NCBI GenBank assembly: GCA_046483985.1
Contig: JAWOCD010000004.1
Location: forward strand, 18,117-82,116
Length of the DNA stretch: 64,000 nt
DNA from: Promethearchaeia archaeon
GTDB taxonomy: Archaea; Asgardarchaeota; Lokiarchaeia; Sigyniarchaeales; SOKP01
Direction of reading: 5' to 3'
Below, piece after piece: positions 27,774 to 37,603 of this stretch (its first letter is position 1; every line of letters starts with the position of its first letter). The translations under genes were made by a program, and so were the position numbers. The notes below the pieces were generated by a model, which saw only the letters and a list, made by a program, of their open reading frames with translations, was not told where the DNA came from and did not search any database.

Positions 27774-29660
27774 TTATTGAAGCGGAAATAGGATAATAAA
27801 CTTACTGCCTTTTGTATAATCATTCGGAACCCTATTCTCAACCCAAATTTTTCCATTGAAAGAATCAATTATTTGTTTTACAAGGGTTAAGCCAAAGCCC
27901 ATATCTTTTTTGGATTTTTTTTTCATTACTTCCTCTTGAAAGATTAATTCTTTATTCTCCCCCTTAATCCCTTTTGCATTGTCAATAAATTGGAACTTCA
28001 CCCAAGATTCTGCATCTTCGATCTCTTTAGTAATCTTTATATCAACCGAAATAGTATCGTGTTCATTATGTTTAACCGCATTTATTAATATATTCTCGAA
28101 AATATCTCGGATTAGATCATTAGCCTTGATTTTAACATGTTCGTCATAGGTCTCTACAGAAATATCAATTGTTTTATTAGGATAACTAGTTTTTACAAAT
28201 TCAATACTTTCTTCGAGCTCGTCAAATACTTCAATTTTCTTGGTTTCAATCGTATGTTCTTTAATTTCAGAAAGGCGTTGAATATTTTTTACCAGCATTT
28301 CACCTCTCGTGACTTGTTCAGATACAATCTCCCAAGATTCTTTCAGTTTTTGCATATCTGTATCATCCGAAAGTATAATAGTCGCTAACTCGGAGGCAGT
28401 TTTTATGGTATGTAAAATATTGTTGATATCGTGGACTAAGAGATCTTTATAGAAATTGGCTCTCTTAAAAGCATCTTTATATTTCTTTCTTGATTTCTTT
28501 AATTTTTGTTTTGCAATTTTCTTTTCAGTTATATTGACTAACGCGGCTAAATCTGCTGGCTTTCCATTATATTTAATTGATTTAGAATATGCGGCTCTCC
28601 ATTCAATTTCTCCTCTTTTATCCAGAATCCGAAAATCATACCCAGATAAAAGGTCTTGGGAATCCCCCTCTTGTTTCTTTTGGAGTTGTTCAGCTACCAA
28701 TTTCCGGTCTTCAGGATGAACAAGTTGGAGAAAGTCTTTTGGGTCCCAATCTTTAATTTTATCTTTTGAATATCCCACATCTCTCCCGAATTGAGGATTC
28801 ATATATTTAAATTCATCATCTTGGATAATTGCTATGCTAAGTAGCGATTGATCTGAGATCATTCGAAACATTTGCTCCGACTCTTTCAATTTACGCTGAG
28901 ATTTTTTCATCTCTGTGATATCTATTAGCGATATAAAATCTGCAGTTCTACCACAATATTGTATGGTCGTGGAATAATTTTTTACCCATATTGGTTTACC
29001 AGATTTCTTAATTGCTTTAAATTCGTAATTTTTTATCTGATTGCCTAATCCCAATTGTTTCTTTTTTGCTTGCTCCTTTACTATGTCGCGATATTCGGGG
29101 TGAATGATCTTTAGAAACCCGCCAGGTTCTAGATTTAGAAGTTCTTCTAAAGAATATCCGCTCATTTCTGTAAACCTTTTATTCGCATAAATCACCTTAT
29201 CATCTTGTACTATCGCAATACCCATTAGAGATTGCTCGATCAACTCCTTAAAAAACTCTTCTGAATGAGAGAAGCTTTCAGATTTATCTCTTTCAGATTT
29301 TGGGTCATAGGATAAAAAATCATCAATAATCTCTAATATTATATAGTTTTCATTAATGTAATCAGCATAAAACCAATATTTCTTTTTTTTCCTTATTCCT
29401 CCTAATGATAATGGTTCTCTGACACCACTTTTGTTTTTATAGGCCCTACGTATTAGGTTTATAATTGGTTTTTCTTGCTCAAAATAATTTGAGATTTTAT
29501 ATTCTCCCCTTTCTTTAGGAAGTCCGCCAAAAAATTCTTCAGCGGATGAATTTAAATCTACTATCATAAAGTTTCCATTATCTTTTTTTAAAATCCATAA
29601 AGGCTCGGTTTTTTGGTTAAGGATATATCGATAAGTATGGGAAGGTAAGGGAGAATTCAT
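27774..29660 (-). CDS. PAS-domain sensor histidine kinase
   Basis: Multiple PAS (IHPE, VHPED), H-box VHDINNIL, ENILINAVKH, GFGLTLVK; paralog of 11905-13575. Confidence 0.9.
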   Translation of the reverse strand: MNSPLPSHTYRYILNQKTEPLWILKKDNGNFMIVDLNSSAEEFFGGLPKERGEYKISNYFEQEKPIINLIRRAYKNKSGVREPLSLGGIRKKKKYWFYADYINENYIILEIIDDFLSYDPKSERDKSESFSHSEEFFKELIEQSLMGIAIVQDDKVIYANKRFTEMSGYSLEELLNLEPGGFLKIIHPEYRDIVKEQAKKKQLGLGNQIKNYEFKAIKKSGKPIWVKNYSTTIQYCGRTADFISLIDITEMKKSQRKLKESEQMFRMISDQSLLSIAIIQDDEFKYMNPQFGRDVGYSKDKIKDWDPKDFLQLVHPEDRKLVAEQLQKKQEGDSQDLLSGYDFRILDKRGEIEWRAAYSKSIKYNGKPADLAALVNITEKKIAKQKLKKSRKKYKDAFKRANFYKDLLVHDINNILHTIKTASELATIILSDDTDMQKLKESWEIVSEQVTRGEMLVKNIQRLSEIKEHTIETKKIEVFDELEESIEFVKTSYPNKTIDISVETYDEHVKIKANDLIRDIFENILINAVKHNEHDTISVDIKITKEIEDAESWVKFQFIDNAKGIKGENKELIFQEEVMKKKSKKDMGFGLTLVKQIIDSFNGKIWVENRVPNDYTKGSKFIILFPLQ

Positions 29661-29827
29661 CCAAACTCGGTTTATCTCTTAAATTTGTTATTACTTAAAT
29701 TAAATTTTAAAATATCTCAATTTTTATAATTATCAAAGATATTTTAAAGTTTTAGCTTTTAGCAAAATAATTATAAAGAATTCCTAAACACTATTAGAAT
29801 CTCTTATGGCTCGATCTTAATTAAGAT

Positions 29828-30136
29828 CTTTTATATACCGTATCATGGAGCCAAATATGTCTCATAAATTAAGGGCAGTGCAATAAAGAAAGCGTTATTT
29901 GCAAAATATACAAAATGTTAAAGCTCTCAGTATCGTTTTTTCCCGAAAGGATAACATATAAGAAAATTCTTAGAGCCACCTTACCTCATGGGGAATTTGC
30001 TGAAGTGCCCGAAGATTATGAGAGTTTTGCATATTGGTATCAACAACATTTAAGCCTACCCTTAAAAATTAAATTTTCAATTCTAAAGTTCAAGGAGATA
30101 ATAGAAAAAAAGAAACATATATCGCAAATAAAATAA
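29828..30136 (+). pseudogene. Degenerate C-terminal fragment of a DUF2961 gene
   Basis: Fragments FYIPYHG, QYRFF, ATLPHGE...DYESFAYWYQ separated by stops and frameshifts, matching YSAPYHG...YRYH...EHGH...SSTAYWYQ. Confidence 0.65.
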
Positions 30137-30201
30137 ATGTTTTAAATTTTCCATCAAGATATTAATTAGATAAAAAAACTTTTATAACGATTGATTTATT
30201 T

Positions 30202-31599
30202 ATGAGTTCGGAAAATAAAACAAAAATTGTTGTTATCGGAATGGGCTATAATTATTAGGGTATCCCTAATAATGGCTAAGTTGGAATTCCGATGGCAGCT
30301 CTCTTAGCTGATGTTCCAGAGTTTTACGTTACTGGGATTCAAAGACGTTCAAAGCGTTCTGGATGGAAAATTGACTGGCTAAATGCTGGAAAGAATCCCT
30401 TTGAAGGGGACGAGCCAGGATTAGATGACCTAATCGAACGAGTTGTTAAAAATGGAAAGTTTTCAGTTACTCCTGAATATGACGCTTGCGATACTGCAGA
30501 TTATATTTTAATAGATGTCCAGACCCCAGTTGATGAAAAACGGGTCCCCAGATATAAATCTTTGAAAGAAGTGTCAAAAAAGGCCTCAAAACATCTTCAT
30601 AAAGGAACCACCCTAATAATCGAATCGACCGTTGCCCCAGGAACTACAAACAATATTGTTGAGCCAATATTAGAAGAGGGAAGCGGATTAACACGCGGAG
30701 ATGATTTTTATTTAGTCTTCTCTTTCGAACGTGTCATGCCTGGTAAATTGATTGAATATATTACGGACTTTCCGAGGGTGATTGGAGGAGGATGTGAAAA
30801 AGCAAATGAAAAAGCAAAATTTCTTTATGGAAAAGTAGTCAAAAAAGACCTACAAGTTACCGACACATTAACAGCGGAATTAACGAAATGCATTGAAAAT
30901 ACTTATCGGGACGTAAATATTGCATTTGCGAATGAAATGGCTTTGGTTGCAGAGGATTTTAAAAGAGATGTATTTGAAATCATTGAACTTATCAATCATC
31001 GACATGACCGAATGATGCATATTCCCGGTTCTGGGGTAGGTGGGCATTGTCTCACGAAAGACCCGTGGTTATTAATGTACGGGCTTGAAACCTACACCGA
31101 TAAACAAAATTGGGACAAAGTTAAAATTCTTCCGTTTTCAAGAAAAATAAACAACTCAATGCCGTCACATTTAGTGGATCTTATGGAAGATGCATTTAAG
31201 GAGGCAGGAAAACCCGTGAATGACTCAAAAATCACCATAATGGGGGTTGCCTATAAACCAAATTGCGATGATACAAGAAATACTCCCGCAGCAGAAGTCT
31301 TCAATATTTTAAATGAACGTTATAATTCTAAAGTCTCTTATATTGCACACGACCCTTATGTCAAGAAAAAATACTTTACATACACGGACTTAACGGAAAG
31401 TCTTCAAGAAGCAATAAGTAATGCTGATGCCTTGTTATTTGTTACGGATCATAGGGAGTATTATAATTTGGATTTGATGGAATTAAAAAATAAAGTAAAT
31501 ACCCCCATTTTAATTGATGGACGAAACATTTTCAATAAACAAAAAGTCTTAAATTTAGGCTTTATTTACCGTAAAATAGGGGAAGGAATAGGAAAATAA
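30202..31599 (+). CDS. Nucleotide-sugar dehydrogenase (UDP-ManNAc/UDP-GlcNAc 6-dehydrogenase type); two exons 30202-30249 and 30280-31599, 455 aa when spliced
   Basis: KIVVIGMGY|VGIP Rossmann motif, ESTVAPGTT, ERVMPG, ENTYRDVNIAFANE, GVGGHCL.KDP, AYKPNCDD.RNTP, DGRN. Confidence 0.88.
30250..30279 (+). other. Candidate 30-nt bulge-helix-bulge (tRNA-type) mRNA intron
   Basis: In-frame insert AAT TAT TAG GGT ATC CCT AAT AAT GGC TAA with two stops; 10-bp stem 30251-60/30264-73; central helix GGCU/GGCU; 3-nt bulges AUA and AAG; 14-bp exon-exon helix. Confidence 0.8.
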
Positions 31600-31647
31600 G
31601 AGATATTGAATAACTAATAATCCATAAATTCCTTTATTCTTTCTTTT

Positions 31648-32160
31648 TCAATTAAAACAGGGATTGTTCCGATCCTTTGGTTCGGTTGGCTTTTTAGAAC
31701 CTGTCCAAGCTAAAAAGAGACATCCCATTCCGCCCCAAACGAGACCGCATTGAAATAACCAGCCATAACCCACCAACGGATTCAAGGGAATACAATTTTC
31801 AGGATAACTCAAACAAAATTCTCCCTTGATCCACGTCATAAACTGACCGTAACCATGAAGACCACCGACGCCAATTCCAAGCGTGATAGCAGCAATCACC
31901 CATCCTGAGCTATAGGGTCTTTTCTTTTTTTCTGAGCTTTCATAAGAAAGAAAATACCATGCCAATGCCCAGCCTATGCCAGAAAACACTGCCCCAGACG
32001 ACCCTCCATATCCTTCAGTGCCCCGTATTACCCAATAAAATGCTCCATAGGTGCTGAAGATCAAAACAGGGATAATCAGTTCATTGATTATGCTTTTCTT
32101 ATCTTTTCGTAATTCTAATTTGAAAAAAGAATCATCTTTTTCCAGTTAAGGTTCACTCAT
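31648..32160 (-). pseudogene. Truncated Gly-rich membrane protein gene with an early nonsense codon
   Basis: ATG 32160 in frame: MSEP*LEKDD...PVLIFST; reading frame ends abruptly after about 4 TM segments. Confidence 0.6.
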
Positions 32161-32295
32161 AAAAGTATTTCAACGTGATTTAATATAAATTTTGAATTAG
32201 AATATTTACTAGATTCTGGATAATTATTCAATAAATTTAATAAGAAAAACTTCTTTTTTATATATAACAAGACTTATAATAAGGTGTATTTTGTT

Positions 32296-32712
32296 ATGAA
32301 ATATGCAATTAGTAGTTCAGAAGGAAAGGTTTTTGGACATTTTGGGCGCGCACCTGAATTTACCTTCATAGAGGTTAAAGATGGAGAAGTGGTAGAAAAA
32401 GAGACTTATCCAAACCCCGGGCATAGTGTGGGTAGTATCCCCAAATTTGTTAATAAAAAGGGAGCTGACTATATGATTGCAGGAGGGATGGGAAGGAGAG
32501 CAATACAATTTTTCCAAAAATACGGAATTGAACCTATACTCGGTATTACTGGCTCTATTGATGATATCATTCAAAAGATTCTTAATGGGACTCTAGAGGG
32601 AAAAGAAAGCATTTGTAAACCGGGTGCAGGTAAACAATCGGGAAGAGGGATACCAAAAGAACTAACTGAGGCAGACTTTAAGAGAAAGAAAGAAGGACAT
32701 CATAACCATTAA
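32296..32712 (+). CDS. NifB/NifX family (dinitrogenase FeMo-cofactor-binding-like) protein
   Basis: HFGRAPEF, NPGH, IAGGMG.RA; His-rich C-terminus. Confidence 0.88.
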   Translation: MKYAISSSEGKVFGHFGRAPEFTFIEVKDGEVVEKETYPNPGHSVGSIPKFVNKKGADYMIAGGMGRRAIQFFQKYGIEPILGITGSIDDIIQKILNGTLEGKESICKPGAGKQSGRGIPKELTEADFKRKKEGHHNH

Positions 32713-32829
32713 AATTTTTCATTTTCTTACCAACTCTTTTTATAAAAAAAGTTGATTTCCTTATCTATTTCTTAGTGGTCATAATTTTTCTGACAGTTGA
32801 GAATTTATTAGTAAAAGCAAAATAATATT

Positions 32830-32876
32830 TGTGAAGTAGTATTTGTGAACATATAACCAACTTTTATTACTTCACA
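32830..32876. repeat. Imperfect inverted repeat upstream of the coiled-coil gene
   Basis: TGTGAAGTAGTA ... TATTACTTCACA (11/12 match). Confidence 0.5.
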
Positions 32877-32890
32877 GAAAAAAATCAAGA

Positions 32891-33253
32891 GTGAACAAAT
32901 TGTTTGGAATTAAAGGGTTAAAAAAGGAAATGGAACAGATGAATAGAGAAATTAAGGAGATGAGCAATAAAATCTCAACTATGTCAAAAAAGATCGACAA
33001 ACTTTCCGATGATATCTCCAACTCCATGGATTCTATGACAAGCGAGCTTCACGACACTAATAAGACAATTCAAGAATCGTTAAAACTCACCTCCGACACA
33101 ATCCAAAAAATGAGTGAAAATTTCTCAGAAACTCTGGAGAAAACACTCACCGAAATGCAGAATATGAAAATTAATATGGATGTAAGAGAGAGCGTATTGA
33201 AGAATCTCGGTTTAGAGGGATTATTGCCCGATCTCTTCAAAAAAAAGAAATAA
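32891..33253 (+). CDS. Coiled-coil hypothetical protein
   Basis: 120 aa with heptad M/I/L pattern. Confidence 0.7.
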   Translation: MNKLFGIKGLKKEMEQMNREIKEMSNKISTMSKKIDKLSDDISNSMDSMTSELHDTNKTIQESLKLTSDTIQKMSENFSETLEKTLTEMQNMKINMDVRESVLKNLGLEGLLPDLFKKKK

Positions 33254-33280
33254 CTGGTAAAGCAAGTTAAAATAAAAGAT

Positions 33281-34198
33281 CTAATCTAAATAGCGATTCA
33301 TTAATTTAAGCATTATTGCCTTTTGGAGATGTAATCTATTCTCTACTTGTTGGAACACAATGGATTTCTCAGAATCAAGAACCTCATCCGTAATTTCTAG
33401 CCCCCGATGAGCTGGTAGACAATGCATAATGTAGGGGTCCTTACCGCTGGATTTAATTAATTTCTTATTCACCTGATAAGGTTTAAAGATTGATAACCGT
33501 TTTTCCTTTTCTTCTTCTTGACCCATAGAAACAAATGTATCTGTATAAATGACATTCGCTTCTTTCACCGCTTCTTCCGGATCCTCAGTCAAGGTAAAAA
33601 TGTGCATTTTTTCTTGCCCTTTTACCCAATCAATAACTTCTTGATGGGGTTGATAACTTTTAGGGGTTGCCACAGCAATAGGAATATCAAGCATCATACA
33701 TCCAAGGATTAAAGAATTACAGACATTATTTCCATCTCCGCTCCAAGAAATCTTAATATCCTCGAAAGACCCGAACTTTTCGCGGATTGTCATGAGATCA
33801 GCAAGAATCTGGCAAGGATGATATAAATCTGACAGACCATTAATAATAGGTATATTAGAAACCCCGCTCATCAGTTCGAGTGTTTTATGTTCATGGACTC
33901 TTGCCATAATCATATCCACATAAGTTGCCATAGATTTAATTTCGTCCCTTAAATCTGCTAAATGAATGTTTGTAGAGCTCCAATCAAGATAGATTGCATC
34001 TCCTCCCAACTGATATATGCCATTTTGAAAAGAAATACGGGTCCGGGTAGACGTTTTTCGGAAAAGTAAGATAATACATTTTTCTTTTAACGTGGTTCTG
34101 AATTCTCGAGGATGTTTTTTTACATTATCCGCTAAATTTAATAAATTTACAATTGAATCTTTATCTTGAAAATCTGTAATGGTAAGCAAATGTTTCAT
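33281..34198 (-). CDS. argF: Ornithine carbamoyltransferase
   Basis: STRTR, HPCQILAD, GDGNNV, SMGQ, HCLPAHRG. Confidence 0.96.
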   Translation of the reverse strand: MKHLLTITDFQDKDSIVNLLNLADNVKKHPREFRTTLKEKCIILLFRKTSTRTRISFQNGIYQLGGDAIYLDWSSTNIHLADLRDEIKSMATYVDMIMARVHEHKTLELMSGVSNIPIINGLSDLYHPCQILADLMTIREKFGSFEDIKISWSGDGNNVCNSLILGCMMLDIPIAVATPKSYQPHQEVIDWVKGQEKMHIFTLTEDPEEAVKEANVIYTDTFVSMGQEEEKEKRLSIFKPYQVNKKLIKSSGKDPYIMHCLPAHRGLEITDEVLDSEKSIVFQQVENRLHLQKAIMLKLMNRYLD

Positions 34199-34291
34199 AA
34201 TTTAAACGTAAGATTTTATAATTTTTATTAATATTTATAATTTGAGAATACAAATAAACTATATTAAAGCACAAATTAATGTGATTCAAAC

Positions 34292-35314
34292 GTGATTAAA
34301 ACAAGAATTACTGAATTGTTTGATCTAAAATATCCCATTATCCAAGCTCCAATGGGACCTTTTTATACAACGGAATTATGTGTGGCCGTATCAGAGGCTG
34401 GTGGATTAGGTGTACTCAGCCATACAAATTTAATGGGAAAAAATTCAATAAAAGAAATGAAGAAAAATATCAATTATGTTATTGAGCATACCGATAAACC
34501 TTTTGGTATTAATATAAGAACCGCGCGAATGCAACCAGATGCAATCCCAATAGCAAGAATGGTTGCAAAAATGATCAATCAAAATCCTAAAGTAAGAGAG
34601 CAATTAGTTTATGGCGTTACATCAGCGGGGTCACCACGAAAAGTTGCACGTATTTGGAAAAAAAAATGCCCTACCTTACAGCATTTCCATGTAGCACCTG
34701 CATTATATTTAGCCCAAAAAGTGATAAATGCTGAATGTGATGGTTTGGTCGTGACTGGAATTGAAGGCGGAGGACATCAAAGTTATGAAAAAATATCCAC
34801 CTTAGTTCTTGAGCAACAAGCAGTAAGAGAGTTCCCTGATGTTCCTTTGGTTGCTTGTGGAGGGTTTGCCAGTCCTGAAGGGGTTGCAATGGGGATTGCG
34901 GGTGGTGCAGATGCAATAGCCATGGGAACCCGATTTATTACAACTAATCAGAGTGAATTTCATCAGAAATATAAGGATTTGATATATCCCGCTTCGGCAC
35001 GAGATACCCTTATAACTACTGGGGCTTTTGGACCTATAAGATTACTCAAAAATAAATATTCCTTAGAGCATGGTCAAGTATTAGCTAAGGAAGAAAAAAT
35101 TGCCCAAGAAGAAAGCTTCAGTGTAGAAGAGTTACAAAAAGAAATGGAACGATATGAATTAGTGTATCGGGGAGATGTCGAAAATGGCGCTGTTTTAGCC
35201 GGGCAAACCGTTGGTCTTATTGAGCATGCAATGGATGTCGATGATATCTTATCAACTTTTACAAAAAAGGCCGAGAAACAACTTAAACGGTCCGTTGGAA
35301 AAATTCATTCCTAA
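34292..35314 (+). CDS. Nitronate monooxygenase / FabK-like FMN oxidoreductase
   Basis: YPIIQAPMG, VSEAGGLG, EGGGH, ACGG, MGTRF, AGQTVGLI. Confidence 0.88.
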   Translation: MIKTRITELFDLKYPIIQAPMGPFYTTELCVAVSEAGGLGVLSHTNLMGKNSIKEMKKNINYVIEHTDKPFGINIRTARMQPDAIPIARMVAKMINQNPKVREQLVYGVTSAGSPRKVARIWKKKCPTLQHFHVAPALYLAQKVINAECDGLVVTGIEGGGHQSYEKISTLVLEQQAVREFPDVPLVACGGFASPEGVAMGIAGGADAIAMGTRFITTNQSEFHQKYKDLIYPASARDTLITTGAFGPIRLLKNKYSLEHGQVLAKEEKIAQEESFSVEELQKEMERYELVYRGDVENGAVLAGQTVGLIEHAMDVDDILSTFTKKAEKQLKRSVGKIHS

Positions 35315-35334
35315 ATTTTAATTCAAATTGAACT

Positions 35335-35565
35335 TTAATCTCTTTTGATTTTCTGTTTTTGTAAATCAGATTTATTGGCTTCCGTTTTTTGCTTTTTTCC
35401 ATACACGAAATACATTACTCCCAAAGAGAGAAAATAGATAATACAAATTGCCAGCCAAAAATAGAAACCAAATGTATTTTCCGCTAGGAAAGAAGATATT
35501 GCTTTGTAAATGAAATAGATTGAGAAGAGTGATAATAACTGTATTCGAGATTTTAATTTATTCAT
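35335..35565 (-). CDS. Small two-TM membrane protein
   Basis: Two hydrophobic segments and a basic tail. Confidence 0.6.
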   Translation of the reverse strand: MNKLKSRIQLLSLFSIYFIYKAISSFLAENTFGFYFWLAICIIYFLSLGVMYFVYGKKQKTEANKSDLQKQKIKRD

Positions 35566-35668
35566 TGTTTTGAGTTGATTTAATAACTATTTTTATATTA
35601 GATAAAGAATAAATAAAATTAAAACTAATTAATTATAAATAAGATAAAGATATAGTGCTAAATTTATT

Positions 35669-35875
35669 ATGCCTAAAGAACCTCCTTTTTGTGTCATATG
35701 TGAGAAGGATTTTACTGAAAAGTTGGATCAACTTCACTACTGCATCTTCGATAAAGCAGTTTGCCGAGATTGCCTTAATTCTGTCAGAAAGAATGACAAA
35801 ATGTGGATTTGTCCAGTTTGCCAAGCTGAAAATGATATAAAATCCACCGAGTTATTTAAGAATGCAGAAAGATAA
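35669..35875 (+). CDS. Stand-alone RING-finger-like zinc protein (68 aa)
   Basis: CVIC-x13-CIFD-x3-CRDC-x12-CPVC. Confidence 0.7.
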   Translation: MPKEPPFCVICEKDFTEKLDQLHYCIFDKAVCRDCLNSVRKNDKMWICPVCQAENDIKSTELFKNAER

Positions 35876-36041
35876 TATTTATGCAATAAGTTTACAAAAG
35901 AAACAAATCATTCAAAATCAATAGATCATTATACCAATATATAGAAACGATGATGAAATAAACTCATAATATGATTTACCATGTAAAGATGATTGATATA
36001 AGAGGAAGTCTGAGTTTCTAGCTATCTTGAGGTGGACCCCA

Positions 36042-36536
36042 ATGAAAAAAATTTCAAAAGTTTTAGAAATAGATAATTGTCCCACAGATGTTCTTTTAAA
36101 AGTAATTTATGAACCCAAGTTCTGGGAAGAAATTAGTCCAGTTAGCGAAATCCATGTAAAAAATACAGCACCTAATGTAATTTTCAGTCAAATTACGGAC
36201 CATATTAAATATATCAATTTCCCTTTAGAGATGGAGGGAGAATTGGTAATGGTAGATAAAGGAAAACAGAAAGGAAAAGGTAATTTAATTGAATTTAATG
36301 TGCGAAATAATAAAGACGTCAAGAAATTAGAAGGAAGACTACGTATTAAAGCATTGGGTCCAGATAAATCTAAAGTAGGGATTTTTATCGTTAATTTCTT
36401 ATTAGAAAATAGTTTTGTGGAATTACTCGGCAGAGATCTAGCAGAAATGATTCTAAGGAGGAAAATTTCCGGCTTGCTAAGAGGAGTCGAGCAATACTGC
36501 AGAAATAGTAATTTAAAAGATTTAAATTATGATTAA
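36042..36536 (+). CDS. Hypothetical protein (possibly SRPBCC/START-like fold)
   Basis: GAGGTG SD before ATG 36042; helix-strands-C-terminal helix pattern. Confidence 0.6.
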   Translation: MKKISKVLEIDNCPTDVLLKVIYEPKFWEEISPVSEIHVKNTAPNVIFSQITDHIKYINFPLEMEGELVMVDKGKQKGKGNLIEFNVRNNKDVKKLEGRLRIKALGPDKSKVGIFIVNFLLENSFVELLGRDLAEMILRRKISGLLRGVEQYCRNSNLKDLNYD

Positions 36537-36619
36537 AAGAATTTTTAAAAGTATAAAATATTATAATAGTATAATTAATCTCATAGATTCTCCATTTATC
36601 CAAGATTTGGTGAAAAACA

Positions 36620-37456
36620 ATAAACATATGGATACTTGATTCAGATTCGGGAGTAACATTGTTATATAAAGCTCATTTAGATATCTCTATAAATGAAGAT
36701 CTTGTTTCGGGGTTATTGACTGCACTAAACCAATTTACGATCGTAGAGTTAAAGCAGCCAATAGAATCAATTGAGATGGGAGGTCTTCGGTGGGTCTATT
36801 TAGGACCTACGGAAAACAAGCTTCTTTTTATCGCCGCCGACACGAAAGATGTTGATGCTAAAATCTTAAAATCTCGATTGGAAGTAATAAAGCAAGCATT
36901 TATTGATAAATATATTGAAAATGGAGCATGGAAAGAAGAATTTGATGGGAATACGGAACGTTTCAAACCATTCAAAGATTTAATCGATGAATATTATAGT
37001 CAATGGTTAGCTGCCGATAAAGTTTCCACGATTGCTGAGTTTTTTGATCTTTTAGGTATTTTCCAACAGATTTTGAATTTAATTCAAAATATATTAGTAA
37101 AAGTAGATGATCCAATGGTGTTTCATAGATTAGATACATTTTTTGAGCATTTTTCAAGGAGACCCGTGATTTTAGAGAACCAAGAACTGCAAAAGATAAA
37201 TTTTGATAAGAATTCAGGGTTTAATATCATAACTATAAACCCAAATAATTGCGATATGATTGTGGTTGAGAAACAATTAGTATATCTTCTCCGTCAAACA
37301 GTAAATATTATAAAATATTCATTAGGTCACGTAGATAGTCTGAATTATTTCTTAGAAGAGAACATTTTTGATTATATTTTAAACAACATCGACTTGCTTA
37401 GTTCCTTAAATTTAGATAAATTTCTATTGCGACTGTTTCTTACTAAATCGGATTAG
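36620..37456 (+). CDS. Asgard-type protein with N-terminal longin/roadblock-like domain; probable ATA start
   Basis: (M)NIWILDSDSGVTLLYK...DLVSGLLTALNQF...IESIEMGG; GGTGA 6 nt before ATA 36620. Confidence 0.7.
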   Translation: MNIWILDSDSGVTLLYKAHLDISINEDLVSGLLTALNQFTIVELKQPIESIEMGGLRWVYLGPTENKLLFIAADTKDVDAKILKSRLEVIKQAFIDKYIENGAWKEEFDGNTERFKPFKDLIDEYYSQWLAADKVSTIAEFFDLLGIFQQILNLIQNILVKVDDPMVFHRLDTFFEHFSRRPVILENQELQKINFDKNSGFNIITINPNNCDMIVVEKQLVYLLRQTVNIIKYSLGHVDSLNYFLEENIFDYILNNIDLLSSLNLDKFLLRLFLTKSD

Positions 37457-37603
37457 GATTTGAAAAAATTTAATCCAGTTAACCAAATATTCCAATGATA
37501 AGTTTATAACGAGGCAAAAGTTAGATTTATTAAATTAATTAAATTATTCATACTTACTAGATTGGATAACTAATACTCCCATGGCTTTCAAGAAGGTTTT
37601 AAA

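Noticed and set aside
30250-30279. Pyrrolysine or readthrough explanation for the TAG in the dehydrogenase insert
   Set aside because: A TAA follows in frame, and a 10-residue insert would split the GxGxxG motif.
32109-32156. Second possible intron: 10-bp hairpin (minus strand TGGAAAAAGA-tgat-TCTTTTTTCA) next to the premature TAA of the membrane-protein pseudogene
   Set aside because: No 4-bp central helix with two 3-nt bulges can be built; the best cut leaves the TAA in exon 1; the gene is also truncated at its 3' end.
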